Positions 22,546-37,640 of a stretch of 64,000 nucleotides of DNA are shown piece after piece. Numbering within the stretch: position 1 is the stretch's first letter; each line of letters begins with the position of its first letter. This stretch comes from Eledone cirrhosa. Its lineage: Eukaryota. The translations under genes and the position numbers were made by a program. The notes under the pieces were generated by a model. That model was not told the origin of the DNA. It searched no databases and was given only the letters and a program-made list of their open reading frames with translations. The stretch is from contig OZ024740.1 in assembly GCA_964016885.1 (NCBI GenBank), positions 120,094,001 to 120,158,000 of the forward strand. The letters run 5' to 3'.

Positions 22546-25500
22546 AATAAAACAGTGGTCATCAAAATTCTAGGATTCATGGAAAAAACATCTGAAAAGT
22601 TCACTAACCCTATCGAAAGCAACATGAAAATCTCCCTTGTAGGAACATCCCACATAGTTGGAACAGTAGTATCACTCAATATGCAGGAATGTAGGCTTGT
22701 TGTAAGGATATGGACTTATGATAATAATATCGTGGATTTGATTCCTGAACTCCGTTATGTGATATGTTCTTGAACAAAACACTTCATTTATTTGCTCCAA
22801 TATACTCAGCTGAAAATGAGTAGCAGCAGTAGTGGAGGAATGGCATCCTGTCCAAGAGAAGGTCTTGAACTCTCAGTCATTTCACACCATGGAAACTGGG
22901 ATAAACACTGGCCTGAAAAGCCTCTGTGTTCAAGACAGATTTTAGAGTATCACTCGAGTGACATATTCCCTATAAGGCCTCAGGCATATAGTTTAGACCA
23001 GGCTCTACAAAATTTGAAAAAGGAAGTACAAAATACATCATAATGACAATTTCCTTTGTTTTTGATGATCTATAGTACCAGTAAGTAAAGGTGATACATC
23101 ATCAGAGACATGAAAATAATAGAACGTGATGGAAATATATTGATCATGTAGAAAGACATCATATGATCAAGGTTGAAATATTTTTGGCTTTGACGCAAAA
23201 AAATGCTTTACCATCCTCCAGACCAAACCATCAAAAAAGGAAAGAAAAAAAGAAAGATGATTTACCATGATAATCATCATTTTACAGGCTATTAACCCCA
23301 ACTTTCATGCTTTCATTGACACAGCATTTAGATCACTTTGATCTCTGAGTTATATTTGATCAAGCATATGTAATCAGTTATGAGATAATTTAATCAAATA
23401 TTTTATATCAAGCATAATGCACAATTCCAACATATGAAATATAACTTGCTCAATTCTAGTTCAGGAACATATTTCACACAATATAAAAATGTGTTAATTG
23501 TAAGGATAGATTGTGGTACATATAGCATCCAATCCAACCCAAGACCTTCTTACTCTTGTTGGAGGAACCCCTCCTTAGTTGACCTCACCACTTTCTGTTT
23601 AGTTTTGATCATGTCAGGAGTGTAGTTGTATTCATCATAATTGGTCAATTGTAGCTTGGTGAGGCTATTTAACCTATACTTGGAGTGGATGGTCATTGAT
23701 TCTGAGGAGTTTATCTGCTTTTTAACAGCTCTTGTTTTTGGTGCTGCTGGGATTTCACATACCCTCCTTATCAGACCAGGGTCTAGTGGGGTAGCCAATT
23801 TAGTTGCCAACCACTCAACTATAAAGCATGTCCTACTGGGTTACATGGTAACAGTAGCAGGCAGAAGCCTGATCTGACATAACATATGGCATATTGATCT
23901 GTTATACATGAAACTCATGTGTAGCTCACATTTGAGAACTATCCACATATCTGTGATGTTAATGCTGGTATATGCACATACATCTTAGATTGTATTTAAA
24001 GGAAATCCATTTGCTTGGTTGGCAAAGTTTCACTCCCATTAAACTGCAACATCTAGTTCACTGATGTATAGCTTCTTCTTCCTGATTTGCTACAACAATA
24101 GCATCAGCAACCCTGACATAAATATCTGCATACCATGTCCTCTTTAATCCATCAAAAGCACCAGAGGCTTCGTGTTTTCATCTTCCCACCCATACTAAAT
24201 ACTTTTTAAAGATAGTCCTTGTAAATAATCAAAATGTTGGGAGTGTTTGAAGTTAAAAAATGGGTGAGTGCTAAATGCAGAAAATAACTGTAATAGCAGT
24301 TAGTCACTATAAATGATATTTGAGAAAATTGGGTAAATTTCACATAGAAACAGAAACTAAGTGAACAGAAAATCATTCCATGCCAGAACTAGTGTTCTAA
24401 AATGTCCTCCCCAGCCAGTTTTCCAATAGGTCTTGGCTTGCATAATTCTAAACTGAACATTCTACACTGATCTCATGTTGTTTGAGAAAGCCTTCAAAAC
24501 CATGGTCACTGTGCTTCTGCCAGCTAATGAAGATAAAGAAATATACTTACAAAGTTTGGTTTTCATAATTGGAGAACTAAGTAAGCTACTCCAAGTCAAT
24601 GATCAATAGCTACAATTAACTGGGACTCATTATTCAATTTGCAACCATCACCAAACAAAGAAACAAATAATTGTGACAAAAATATTTTTAGTCACAGGTA
24701 AATGTATAGAGAAGGCACCTGATCTAGTAGTAAGGGTTTTAGACATATGATCATAATGTTGATTCTTGGATTGGGTTGTGTGTTGTATTCTTGAGCAAAA
24801 CATTTCATTTCACATTGCTCCAGTATACTCAACTGAAAGCAATAGCTGGGGGTTCAATCCTGCAATGGAATGGCATCCTGTTCAGGTGAAAGTCTTAAGT
24901 TCTCAAACACTTCACACCACAGAAACTGGAATAAGTACATATATGATGAATTTCAAGACAGTCTTTAGACATTTTCTCTTAGCAATCATAAACTGCATTA
25001 TCAGTATAATATTACTATGCATGAGTGATGCCTCTAACAGCATTACTTGCAGGTATACAATATACTCCAACTTCACTTCTGTTTCAGTTCCCCAAACAAT
25101 AAAACTATCTCTAAGCACATATCTTCACTAAATAAATCAACTATAACAAATGTGTCATTTACCAAACTCCATATAGTAATATTACTACAACAAGTACATA
25201 GTATACCCTTAGCAATTTGATATTCATAAATTTGAATTCCAGAATAAACCTCACTGTTAAACAGTGGTAAGTTTAATATTGGAACATTGTGCCACTACTT
25301 TGTTCATTCATTAATGATAAACATTTATACAAAATATGTGGAATTAAATTATATAAACCATGTAAACTTAAATATAGATTTACATAAAGCAACTGGATTT
25401 AGATAAAGATTTACATAGCATACATTGATTTAAATAAAGAGTTACATAAATTACATAGATTTAAATAAAGATTTAGTTAAGGTGCTTACATCATCGTTTT

Positions 25501-28449
25501 AAAGAAAATAGTCTGAGTATCAAATTAGTGAGCCAAAACAGAATTGAATAAAGGACATAGCTGAAAATTCTCATTTATTTAGTTTCTATTGATACATACA
25601 GTTTGGCCATTGTTAATGAGTGACATTGAATCTATCATCAATGATAGCCAACTAACATTATGCAGTGCTATCAATGACATTATATATTGTCACTGGCAAG
25701 CTATTGCTACTGAAACTGAACATATTGTCATTAACAATCTATTGCAAATGGCAGCTCATTGCCAGAGAATTTGAGTCTATTATCCTTAAATATTGATCTC
25801 AGTGGGAAGTCTATTGCTATTGGCACTGAGCCTAGTGATAGAGATGGTTCTTTGTCATCAAACAAGGAATCTTTAAGGTGGGAATATCAATATCTGGCAT
25901 CTCCTAATGTTCTAAATATTGATTTTTAGCAGTGTCCTTTAGAAACTTGGTAATAACAATTTTAAGAAGAAAATTTCAGAAAATCTTATTAAAATTTTAA
26001 CATTAGAGTGAGGTCATTGCAAATGCAAGACATGGAAATGAAAACTCGAAAATAATAAATGCTCGTTTAAAGCAAAATTTAAATTAATTTTGAAGCAAAA
26101 ATGATTAGAATATTATATCTATAAAAATAATTTTCTAAATTAATATAAATTTATCATTGAGTAAACTTTAGCATTATAATAATAATAATTGTTATTTTTA
26201 TTAATTTTTAGGTCTTCAAAATACATTGTAGTAGACTGCTCACATATTTGATAAAAAAATAGGTTGCACTTTAATTCCCTTGTGGAGGTGGCATTAACTT
26301 GAGATAAAATTATGGAAAAGTGATACAACTTAGAATATATCAAGGTAGCTAAAGCTGTCTTAATATGTGGCTGATCTGTTTATATAGGCTATGAATTTAA
26401 TACTTACAATATTCACTCCATTAAAGATTAGATATTAGAATGAGTAGAGCAGCTGATAAAAGGCAATGCAGTATTTAGTGACATTATGTGCTGAACCAAT
26501 ATTGCATTGTTTTCAACCTTTGAAATGAAAAATTGAATTGACACCAATTCAGGTGTAGCTGGCCTCTTACAAGGTTAAATTTCATAAGTAATTTCTTGGA
26601 TATTTTAATGAGGGGTTCCAGTCCGACCAGGAAAAGCAATAAAAACTGAAATGTTTTACTCAAGAACAATGCGTCACCTATTCCAGTAATCAAACCTATG
26701 ATGTCATGATTATGAGTTCAACACCATTACTACTAGATCACATGCCTTCACAGTCAAATACTTGAATCAATATAATTACTTACACCCTTCTAAAATTGTT
26801 AGCTGTTAGCCTTCTACCATTGTTACAATGATATAAGGAAGAAAATGACTGACAAGATCCCAAACCTCATTCGCTTACTGAATGGGGTAGAACTCATTAA
26901 ATTGGATCAAGGAAAGAAAGTTTCATTGGTATTTCCATCACTGATACTATTTACTGGTTACAACTCCTGGTAGGAAGAGCAACATGAAATAAAGTATCTT
27001 GGTCTAAAACATAATTCATTACCCACTCTGGAAATCAAGCTCACAACCTCACAATTGTGAATCCAATTCTCTAACCCTAAGCCTTGCACCTTCAGAATGA
27101 TATAAGGAGTTATATAATAAGCCTGTTTATCTACATGTATGATTTCAGCAATACATTCACATTTAATGCTTTGAACTTGCCATCCTAGTATTGTGGTATT
27201 GACAATGATTATATCCTACCAGGTTGACCTCAGTGTTTTAAGTGAAACTGGGTTGATAAACTGTTTGAAAGTCCAATGAATAGATTTTGTTTGTAATTCA
27301 AAGGGCCACATCTTTGTCACAGTGAATCCTCTTGAGAATTATGAAAATTGTACATGTGACTTTAGAATGCTTAATTAGTTACTTTTTAATGTCATAAGCA
27401 TGTTGTTCAATTGATCAAACAACTGAAATAAACATCGTTGAAACCAACAGAGGTCTATTCCATTTCACACCATCTTGGTATTTTTCTGTTCTGTCATATA
27501 CCTCTGTTTACTACTGTCATATACACTCTTTTCCTGAATCGGTGTTCGTTTTATATTGTTGGTTTTGTTTGAGTTCTACAGTAAGGCATTGTTGTGATTT
27601 TTGTCAAGTTCACACATTTACTTTAATTTTTCAGCTTAAATTGATGAATATAATTTTTTTTTTCCTTGATTTTTATGTGAAAAGCTGGAATATGTGCAAG
27701 CACATATATCAGAACACACACACAGCACACAATTTCACAGGGTTAAGATATATTTTTCAACAGGTACCCTTTACTATGAGCTACTGTGTCTAAATCAATT
27801 ATGTTCTAGTTTAAAACACAAAGCTATAGTTGTTAATAAAAATGTATTAATACCATAAGTCCAATGCAATTTTAGATCATGTTTCTTCATTTCTAACCAT
27901 CCATAAGAAATGTTTTATTTTTAATGAAGCCCAATATCATGGTATAGTATAGTTCTTCTATAGTAGAAGACACTTAAAATGATTATAATCATGATGATTC
28001 TAATTTCTATTCCCACTGGGTTCAAATTGCTTTTCACTCTTTCAGTGTTGATAAAATAAAGTACCTGTCAAGTACTGGTGTCAATTTAATTGACTTTCCC
28101 CTCATTCCAGAAACTGTTGGCCTTTTGCCTGAATTAAAAGCCATTATCATTGAGGAGAATGTATGGCAGGGGCACTAAGTTATTATAAAATCTAAATTAG
28201 TGTAAGCATATTTAATCTATTGAACATTAAAAAGCTAACAAAGGTATCTTAAAAACAATGTTTTACATTTAATCAGGCGCAGTATCATAGTATTGTAAAT
28301 TGCTTGCTTAACTTTCAAGATAAGTCTGGTATATTCTTGTCAATGTTTTGTTTTTAGGCAAATGACATTAAAACATCACCAATAAGATGTTTCACAGCAC
28401 TAAAGAGTTTAAATTGTGAATCATTCTTATTGTTATACTATCATTATAA

Positions 28450-28678
28450 GGGCAGTGTTTTGGCAGTATCAGTAGAGTATCGGACACCATGCTTTTCAGC
28501 ATAGAGTTACGGCCCTTTACAGTATGAGTTCAAATCCCATTGGGGGTTAATTTTGCCTCTCATCCTTGCGAGGTCAATAATATAAAGCATAAGTAACACA
28601 CTGGGGTCTATTTAATCAACTTTCCACTCTCCCCAAATTGCCGGCCTTGTGCCTAAAGTAGGAACAATCATTATTATT
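28450..28678 (+). mobile_element. SINE family B-related copy
   Basis: TTGGCAGTATC...GAGTTCAAATCC...CATCCTT...GGCCTTGTGCCTAAAGTAG. Confidence 0.75.
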
Positions 28679-28850
28679 TTGGTAAGCTTTGATGTATTCT
28701 GATAAACCAAATAACTACTACATATATGTAACTACAAATATATAAATTTCTGAAATTTACTTTTCCTTTCACTTATTTTAACACTGTTAATTTTTTTTCA
28801 CTCATAATCTATATACTTTGTATCTACATATGTAGTATTATGTATTTGTT

Positions 28851-28970
28851 CATTCTGAGTTCAAATCCCGCCGAGGTTAACTTTGCCTTTCATCCTTACG
28901 GGGGCGATAAAATAAAGTACCAGTAATACACTGGGTAATTGCTGGCCTTGTGCCTAACATAGAAACAATT
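28851..28970 (+). mobile_element. SINE family B, 5'-truncated
   Basis: Family B body with flanking direct repeat TTATGTATTTGTT. Confidence 0.85.
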
Positions 28971-31814
28971 ATGTATTTGTTAGATTCAGTGTAATTTTAT
29001 CATTCTTTCAAATCATTGTGAAAATAATCAATAATTTGGAGGGATTTAATAATATAATAAACTCTCTTTTTAAGTTGGGATTTGAAAATGCCTTAAAAAA
29101 GTTATTGCATAAACTATTCAGAGAAGATTTTAAGATAAATATAAACATTTTAAATAAGCAGTTTTGTATGGTAGCACAAGGGCTGGTTTGAAATGGTTTG
29201 GCATTGAAAGGGTTGGTATAGTAGGGTATGAATTGTGTGAAATGTGGCTGCTATTTGTAGAAGGTAGAGTGATGATACAGAGGCCTATGTGTTGAGTTGT
29301 CATCAGCAATCTAATATCAGACAAGTAGGCTTTTGAGCTGCACAGTGTCAGTGCTGGCTGTAGTGGTAGTAACAAACGTGTGTGTTTATAGTCTGCTTAT
29401 ATGAATTGTGAGACTGTTGTATCAATGTTGGAATGCTATCTATTAATCAAAATATCCTTGCATATATTATTAATATTTCTTAAGGATGTAACTTCCAGGC
29501 AAATGTTTGAATATGATTACTTACTATGTTTTACTATGATTATTACTATGCAAATGCTTTTAGAATATGATCACTGACACATTGTTTTCTCATATTTTCC
29601 ATTATATCCGAGATTTCATACTTAGTTGGTCAATGTTTATTGATGTAGAGAATTAAGAAATTATCATTTATTCATTATAACGAATTTTAACCCTTTTGAT
29701 ACCAAACTATCTGAAATTGCTCCTGTTTATTTTTAAAGTGTTTACATTTATCTAACAACCTTCCATCATAATGTTATGTTTCAAACCATGTTCATCATCA
29801 TCACTGCGACAACAGGTGAATATTCCTGTCAAAGTCTCTCCACAATTCATAATCTTTCATTGTTCCCTGCAACTGCTCCCTACTGCAGCTTGTATCATTT
29901 GAGAGTTGGTTGATAAAGGTTTGAGTAGGTTTTACTCTATTGCCTCTTCCATGAATTGGTTCTCACAATAGTAGCTGGTATATAACTTCCTGCTTATTTC
30001 TCTAGTAATATCCTGCAAATGGTAACCATCTTTGAGCAATTGCAGTTATTATCTTGGGCAAGTTTTGTATAAACTTTCATTTACAAAATATTGCTGCCAG
30101 TTTATGTTATGTACGACCCAAATCATGTTAATAATGATAAATTCAATCATATTACTAAATTACATTTTCAAAATTAATTGGAAACCATAAGCAGTACCTT
30201 TCATGAAAAGTATGGTAACAGAAGGTTTAAGGAATATATTTCTTTAACTGTTTCATAACTACTGGTGTTTACAGTAGATGTGTGCATGGCCTCGGAGTGA
30301 AATTTTACTTACAAGGATAAGACTGCTTTTGGACTACAGCCTGCATATGGGAGGAGGGGTGCCCCTGAAAATTCAAGGTAGTTTATTCCCTTTTTTTAGG
30401 GGAAACAGATCATGAGGGCTTCCTTGCCTTTCTGCTCTTATAATATATAGGCTCTGCTATGCCCTGCATGTATGTCATCAAAATGGCTTCAGTCTCCAAC
30501 TAAAAATGGTGCTATCAATGTGTTAAATAATAGGGACATATGAGAATAGAGTTATTTACAACTAGTCTGTTTAAATTTCAAATGTTCTTGTACATGGACA
30601 GATCTATAGGAATCAATTATCTGTTGTTATGTGTTGGTATTTCTTTATACATGCTTCTTTATGAATGTTTTTTGGTATGAATCACTACAACACGGTAAGT
30701 GAGTGCAATCTACCCACATAACCATACACTTGCAATTATCCATCTTAAAAAGGTATAGACACAAAATATGTCTTTGATGGTAAAACATAAGAAAATAAAA
30801 ATCAAGTACCTTTTATCCTGTAATAAAAAGAAACAGATTTTCTAAGAATAATTACGATATTAGATGATAAGTAAAAAGCAACTTTCATAAAATATCAAAG
30901 CAAATGTAACCAACATACTATCAAAAATAAATAGATAAATAAATATATTAATAACATTGACTTTCTAAAGCTATGCAGGAAGTGTATAACACTTCCTCTA
31001 ATTGCTAAGAAATCAATATATTTATCCAAAATATATTGATCTTTCCACAATTATTCTTTGCAGATATAAATATTTTCTAAATTTTTGCTCTGGGGTGTGG
31101 GATGTTGTAGTTGTAGCAGTTGTTCTCTGTAACAACGATTCTTTTAATAATGATCTATAACAGAAACACACTTTCCATAACGGAAATAGAAAAACAACAA
31201 CAACATAACATTACTATATAAGCCGTAAGCACTGACAAAAATCCTTTACATAGATCAACGAGAAAGGAATTCTTTCATTGCAAAATACAACTGCTACTGT
31301 TGCATTACACTGTTAAAAAAATTCTTAATAAAATTAACAAACACACTGAAGTAAAATACCAATTGTTTTTCTTATAGACTTTCTGTCTGATAGTTTATTC
31401 ATAGGAAATGTTTCTATTTCTATGCATCTTTATTTGTTTATTTTTCTTAAATCTGTCATTATTCTTCTGTTCTTTTACTTTGTACTGATTTCTGTCATTA
31501 TACTGTTATACTGGGGCACTGCATTGATTTATTTAATCATATCGAGCCCAATATATATTTTTCAAGTTGGGTACCTATTTAATCAATCTTTTTGGGGGGA
31601 ACTGCTAAGTTATGGAACATATAAACTGAAACAAATATAAACAATCAAACATATTCATACACACACACACACTTATATACAAGAGGCTTCAGCAGGTTCC
31701 TTTACCAAATCCCCCTCAAAAGGTAAAGGATGCTTGCTTAATGTGCCACAGAGCAAGACTGAACCCAGAACTATGTGGATGCAAACTGTGCCAATATTCA
31801 TGTTGTTTAATATA

Positions 31815-32168
31815 ATAATGATATGATAATAATGAAAATATTGTGAACAGTGCTCAGGTGCACTACAACTCATCAAAAAGTGTATGTACAGTACATAGGG
31901 TAATGTACAAACGTCAGGAAAATGAACAGTGCATGAGTCATGATATACACGTGTGCATGTGTATGGAAGGGGTACATTAGGTGTAGTTTTGGCGAATTTT
32001 GGGAAGCATGAGGGTTTTAAAGGATGCAGTGTCTCGGCAGCTAACAACTGATGCAGGCAGTTTGTTCCATGTTTCAGCAACTCTAAGCGTGAAAAAATGT
32101 TTCCTAAAGTCATGGGAGCTGTGCTGTCTTCTGACTTTGTAGGCATGTCCACGTGTGTTAGACACATG
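31815..32168 (-). mobile_element. 3' end of CR1-like LINE (same family as 58000-61515)
   Basis: HVSNTRGHAYKVRRQHSSHDFRKHFFTLRVAETWNKLP...*, then a 3'UTR ending in an (ATT)n-like tail. Matches 61434-61513. Confidence 0.85.
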
Positions 32169-32819
32169 AATTAAGAAAGACACAAATAAAAAGGGAAGAT
32201 TCTTCATAAAATTCAATAAATAGAATTGATGACAGAAACAAAGGTTGTCAATCTATAAATATCAATATTAGTAAAAAGAGAATACTTTCTGTTCTCTTCA
32301 GTTGTTCATCAAAGTAAGATAAAATTGTACATGACAAATTAGGTTCTTTGTCAAATAAAGATTTCAGGGGATTTTCTACTTGGGTTTTATTTGGGTTTAT
32401 TGCCAATGCAGATTTATTGAAACAAGTTTTCTATTTAACACAAATTCATGTAATAGTTAATGTTTTGTCTAACTTTGAATTTCTCTAAATGTTGCCTGAT
32501 ATGGACAACCACACACTAACTACTTTTCAGTTATTAAAACTACACAGACTTTTCATTTATTAAAACAGCCATTCTCATTAGCTATGCCGTTTATACAAAA
32601 CTATGTTGCATATCCAGGTTAGAACAGGTACACCGTATCCTTACATGCAAGAGGTAACTAAAATAGTTGTTGCCAGGAAGGGCATCCAACTGCAAAACAT
32701 TGTGTCAAAAATATCTTATGATGGATGTAAAGTTTGTCAAGGAGTTCCCAAGATTAATCTTGGATTTGGTAGGGAAAATGGACATAAAACTCTTGTCATG
32801 TGTTGGTAATACAAAATAA

Positions 32820-33007
32820 CTGTTTCTACTTTTGGTACAAGGCCAGCAATTATCCCAGCGCATTACTGGTGCTACACTATATCGACCCCCGTAAGATTGA
32901 AAGGCAAAGTTAACCTCGGCAGGTTCAAACTCAGACCATAAAGGGCCGTGACTCTATGCTGCAAAGCATGGCGTCCGACTTCTACCGATACTGCCAATCT
33001 ACCACCT
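32820..33007 (-). mobile_element. SINE family B
   Basis: Full body flanked by TTGGTAA(T/C)ACAAAATAA direct repeats. Confidence 0.88.
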
Positions 33008-33617
33008 TTGGTAACACAAAATAATAAAAGGCAACCATGATTTTTTATTATATTGGAAAACCCTCAAAAACATCTTGTTAGATTATTTTGTATATTAAGG
33101 ACATTTTGAGGTTCACTAAACAAAATATATTTCTAAATGAGTTATATTTTCTGAAGAAAATGATTATGGTGATTTTGAAGTTTTAGCAATAATACCTATT
33201 CAGAATTCCTTTCTAAATGCTATAATTTATTCATCCATTTTCATCAGTTTCAAATAGCTAGATATTTTACTGTAATTTAATAATTGCGGTACTGCATGTG
33301 TGTGTGTGTGTGTGTCTGAATATATATATATATATATATATATGAAACTTTTTTATAAAAAAATTACTTTAATAATCATAGTTATTATATAATTTCAAAT
33401 TTATTAAATATTGAAAAAAAGAAATAAGTACAACAGACAAGGTTATTGAGATAACTGAATACCATGTAAACAAGATTTATTAAATACCGTTTACAATTCT
33501 GGGGAGTTAAAAATGAAATATTTTGAATAATGATATTATGAGTTGGCACCTATAAATAATATTTTATGAATTCAATATATTTCAATTACTTTATGAATCT
33601 TCTAGTAAATTGCTTTG

Positions 33618-33656
<39 letters not shown>

Positions 33657-33769
33657 ATATAAGTCTTATATGACTGCTAAATGGGAAATTATTGCAACAC
33701 TAAATAAAATAGTATTGAATTATCTGTGGCCAGGTCACTGATATAATCCCACTATTCCTTAATCATTAT

Positions 33770-34480
33770 CATTTTTATGTCAGTTTATGCATGCTGACAT
33801 GGGTTAGATGAAACATTATGAAGGTGAAATTCTAAGCTGGATGCTATTCCGAATACCAACCTTCATATATTTTTAATTAAGATACATACTAACATTACAC
33901 ATCCAATCAAGAATGCTTACTTCCTTTTGTTTTTTTAGTTCCAACAAATATTCTGTAATGAAGGTCCATATCTCTCTGTCATACGGCATTGTTATTTGAA
34001 CACTTGCATCATATAATCTGTTGTTCATTCTGAGAGAGCAGTGTTTTGTTTCCATCAGTGGTAACATGTCCCTGAACTTTTCCAACCCTTTCTCACTCTA
34101 GCTACAACACTTTAAGTACAGCCATCTCCACTACTAAAGAAATCACTTAGATAGCAGAAGCTTTCTACCATTTCCAGTGAACCATCTGAACATTTAATGT
34201 AGTTTATTTTTTGAGCATCCTTACTTTTTAATATTGCTGTGCATCTGCCACATACAAAGTTGACATTTCCAATCAGCCTACATGTAGTCACACTATATCC
34301 GTTGTATGTCCTCAGATTACACTGTGTACACCCTATGGGACTTCTACCTATTGAACATATTCCTTTCTCACATTATAGCAGTGTTTTATCCTCTTTCCTG
34401 CCTACTAAAACTTTAGACTTTGCTAGATTCATTTCGAGTCACTTTGATTCCAAATTTTATTCCATGACATCGTAATAAGA
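33770..34480 (-). mobile_element. Degraded RTE subfamily A-like fragment
   Basis: KFRDMLPL...NRLYDASV...SILDWMCNV and remnants of the Cys finger. Confidence 0.65.
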
Positions 34481-34599
34481 ATTTTATTTCATGACATCGT
34501 AATAAGAAGCCCTGCTCCACATCTATCATGAATGCTTCTGGGGTTTTACTCTCTTCAGGGAGGTGCATCCTTGTAACGTGAATAATTTGTTGAACCCCT

Positions 34600-35590
34600 T
34601 AACCCGATCACAACAGTATCTTTGGATGTACACAAGGTGCATCTGGGAGTAGTGACTAATCTCTCAGAGGCTGAGAACACAAGACCAGTTAAAGAGCTCA
34701 AATGTGACTAGGCTGCTGGGGAAGATGAAATCCAGCCCAAGATGTTAAAAGACTTAAATATAGAAGGTATTTGGTGGCCTGGATCTCTGGAAAGACACCT
34801 ACACTATGGCAATTGGTAGCGATAATCTCAATTTTCGAAAAGGGAGACAAGAGAGATTGTTCCAATTACAGAGGGATCTCCTGTTAAGCCTCCCCAGTAA
34901 AGTCTATACTGAGTGCCTGGCTAAGAGATGCAGGGATATTATTGTGTCCAAGTTACCTGATGAACAGTGCAGTTTGTAGATGACATGGTGTTACTTAAAT
35001 AAACAGAAGGCGATCTCTGACTTGTACTTGATAGGTTTCATGCTAAGTGTTGCATGGTTGGAATGAAAATCAGTGCAGCAAAAACTGAGACATTCATCCT
35101 CTCAAGGAAGATATGCAGTGTACTCTACATATGAATAGGGTTCCACTGGGGCAGGTAGAGTATTTCAAGTATGTTGGGGCTGTGTTCTTGAGTGGATGGA
35201 AGGCAGGGGGATTGAATTAAGTGCAAGAATTGCAGAAGCTGGGGCAGTAATGCACCAGCTTCAGCACTCAGTAATCTGAAGAAGGGAGGTAGGTGTAAAA
35301 GCCAAACTCACTATCTTCAATTCGTGCAACCCTTACCTATGGTCATGTCTTTAGAATGTCTCAGAAAAGAGTCGCTGCACGGATTTTACAGGAAAAACCC
35401 AGATTTTATGGGTATAACCCCAAGGAAGATGATTGGATAACATCAGTGATTTTGGTTTGTTTTGCTTGGGGATCCAGCTGGAGACAGTTGTTACTGACAG
35501 GACCTGCTTCAATGAGTGTTTGAGGACTCTCAAGAATAAATGGGCAAAGAAGAAGAAGACGAAGATGAAGAGAAAGACGAAGAAGAAGAA
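34600..35590 (+). mobile_element. Degraded RTE-clade LINE with (GAA)n tail
   Basis: AAGEDEIQPKMLK, NYRGIS, GMKISAAKTE and FKYVG fragments. Related to 21735-22545 and 43340-45510. Confidence 0.7.
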
Positions 35591-35954
35591 GCCATACATT
35601 GGGCTTCATTAGTTTTCATCTACTAAATTCATTCTCAAGGCACTGGTTGACTTAAGGCTCTTTTATGTAACACTTGCCAAACTTGTCATACAGCAGGATA
35701 GAACCTAAGACCATATAGTGGAGAAGCAAAATTCTTATATTAGTGATATCTAAATTGGTCACAAAGAAAACTTTTGGGGGTAGGTGATACAGAGAATCAA
35801 ATTTACCCCAGTATTTGACTGGTAATTAGTTTAGCAACTAGAAAAGAATTAAAGACAAAGTTAACTCTGGCAAAATTTGAACTCAGAGCAAAAGGAACAT
35901 AACTAATTACTATAACACATCTTTCGAATTGTCCACGTTATTTTACAATAATAA

Positions 35955-36135
35955 TTGTTTCTACGTTTGGCACAAGGCCAGCAATTACCCAGTACATTAC
36001 TAGTAATTTATTTTATCGACCCCGTAAGGATGAAAGGCAAAGTTAACCTCGGCGGGATTTGAACTCAGATCATAAAGGGATGTAACTATGCTGGAAAGCA
36101 TGGCGTCCGACCCTCTCCTGATACTGCCAATCCAG
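35955..36135 (-). mobile_element. SINE family B
   Basis: Family B body with direct repeat TTTTACAATAATAAT. Confidence 0.88.
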
Positions 36136-37149
36136 TTTTTTTACAATAATAATACTAGTGATAATGATAATGTTCATGATAAAATTTATTATAGAGTGTA
36201 GTCAGACAGTTTATGAGTTAACTATGATATGTAAGGTAGCTAATCATATATTATATTTGGAGGTTACAATAAGTTTGTTTTGCTTGGGGAAAAATGAGTT
36301 TGCACTGCATTTTGTTTGAAAATTAATATATGTAAATGAGATATCTAATCTCTTTAAATGATTATACTCCAAATTCATATCTTCCAGAAAATCAATTCCT
36401 TTTACTGATTGGTATTATTTCTTTCATTACATATTGGTATTAATTCTTTCATTACATATTTCTAATGAATGCCACTGCATATAATTTCCAAATAATTTTG
36501 AAAATAATTTGAAAGAATTTAGTAATATATTTAACTTTCTCATTATTAAGCTAGTGCTTATATAAACTTATTATGGAGGATGTTTAGGTAAATATAAACA
36601 CTTTAAAACAAACAGTTTTGTAATGTAGATTCAAGTGCATTTTCAGATATGTTTGTATAAAAGAAGTTGACTTCTAAGCTAGTTGCATATGTGCTCACAA
36701 ATATATACATACACATTTGATAAAAGATCTGAGAATTAACTATTAGTCCTCACTGAAAGAACATGGGGAAATCTATGAACTCTTTTTTCTTGGCTATATT
36801 TAATTTAAATGTATACATATTCCTAACCAATGTTGTATTTGTACTCAAGTGTTTAATGTTAGACAGTCTACTCAGTACCATTATGTAAATGAGTGGTGAA
36901 TATTGCAGGGTAGACAAAAGCAGAGAGGTTAAGAAAAAGTCCACTAACTAACACAAAGCAATAAAAGAATATATATTATAATGTTTGTGAGTATAAAATA
37001 AAGAATAGACAGTATAGCTAGTAAAATAAATATAGTATTGTTAAAGTTGCCTATTTTTCCATTACTTGAAAGTAACAAGTGGTGTTTGACAGATGCATAC
37101 CCATACATAATATTTGAAATACACATACATATATATATATATTGATCAC

Positions 37150-37640
37150 TGGTGCTCAATGTTTTGAGACATCTTCCACACATGGCTAGAACCATATGTG
37201 AACATCCAGTTCATCTTTTGTTGGTTGTATTATCCTAAGTTGAATTAATTTTTGTGATGGCATTTTGATATTATTCTGTTGCTTTGTTTAAAGTATCAGC
37301 TTGTTTGGTTATTATATGTCATTGCCTGTTCTGTTCATGTTAGAGCTTTTATTGCCCAGTTGGTATCAAAATGGTAATTGCTTCAACAAAAGCAAGATTT
37401 TTTTGTTTCCTTGTTTTCTACTTGGGATATAACCTTCACTTTATAGATAACTGTTTTTGTTAAGCACTTTAGCAGTTTCCATTAAGGGGACAGGATTGTT
37501 GTCTCCTGCTGTTGAATTCAGCTTGATGCACGTTATTTTGACTGTTCCTTCAAAGTTTAATCATTATTATACCAACATTTCTTATACAGCTGTAATTGAC
37601 CTTTATGTTTTGTTGAACAATTATTTGCATTACACTGCAG
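37150..37640 (-). mobile_element. Degraded Penelope-like GIY-YIG remnant
   Basis: Minus-strand fragments QSCPLNGNC and VIYKVKVIS resemble the Cys linker and GIY half of PLE endonucleases. Confidence 0.45.

Noticed and set aside
23550-23877. ORFs of 78-86 aa in less AT-rich sequence
   Set aside because: No domain or splice support; probably part of a decayed LINE extending to ~24200.
30313-30364. Minus-strand 52-nt segment with good acceptor and donor (ttttcag…gtaagt) as the next Ig-gene exon
   Set aside because: The length is not a multiple of 3 and the peptide (WAPLLPYAGCSPKAVLS) is not Ig-like. RNA-seq would be needed.
30990-31155. Thr-rich stalk-like peptide (LLQRTTATTTTSHTPE) as a terminal exon of the Ig gene
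   Set aside because: The phase-1 frame after the nearest acceptor hits a stop at once, and the Thr run is explainable by an (ACA/ACT) microsatellite.
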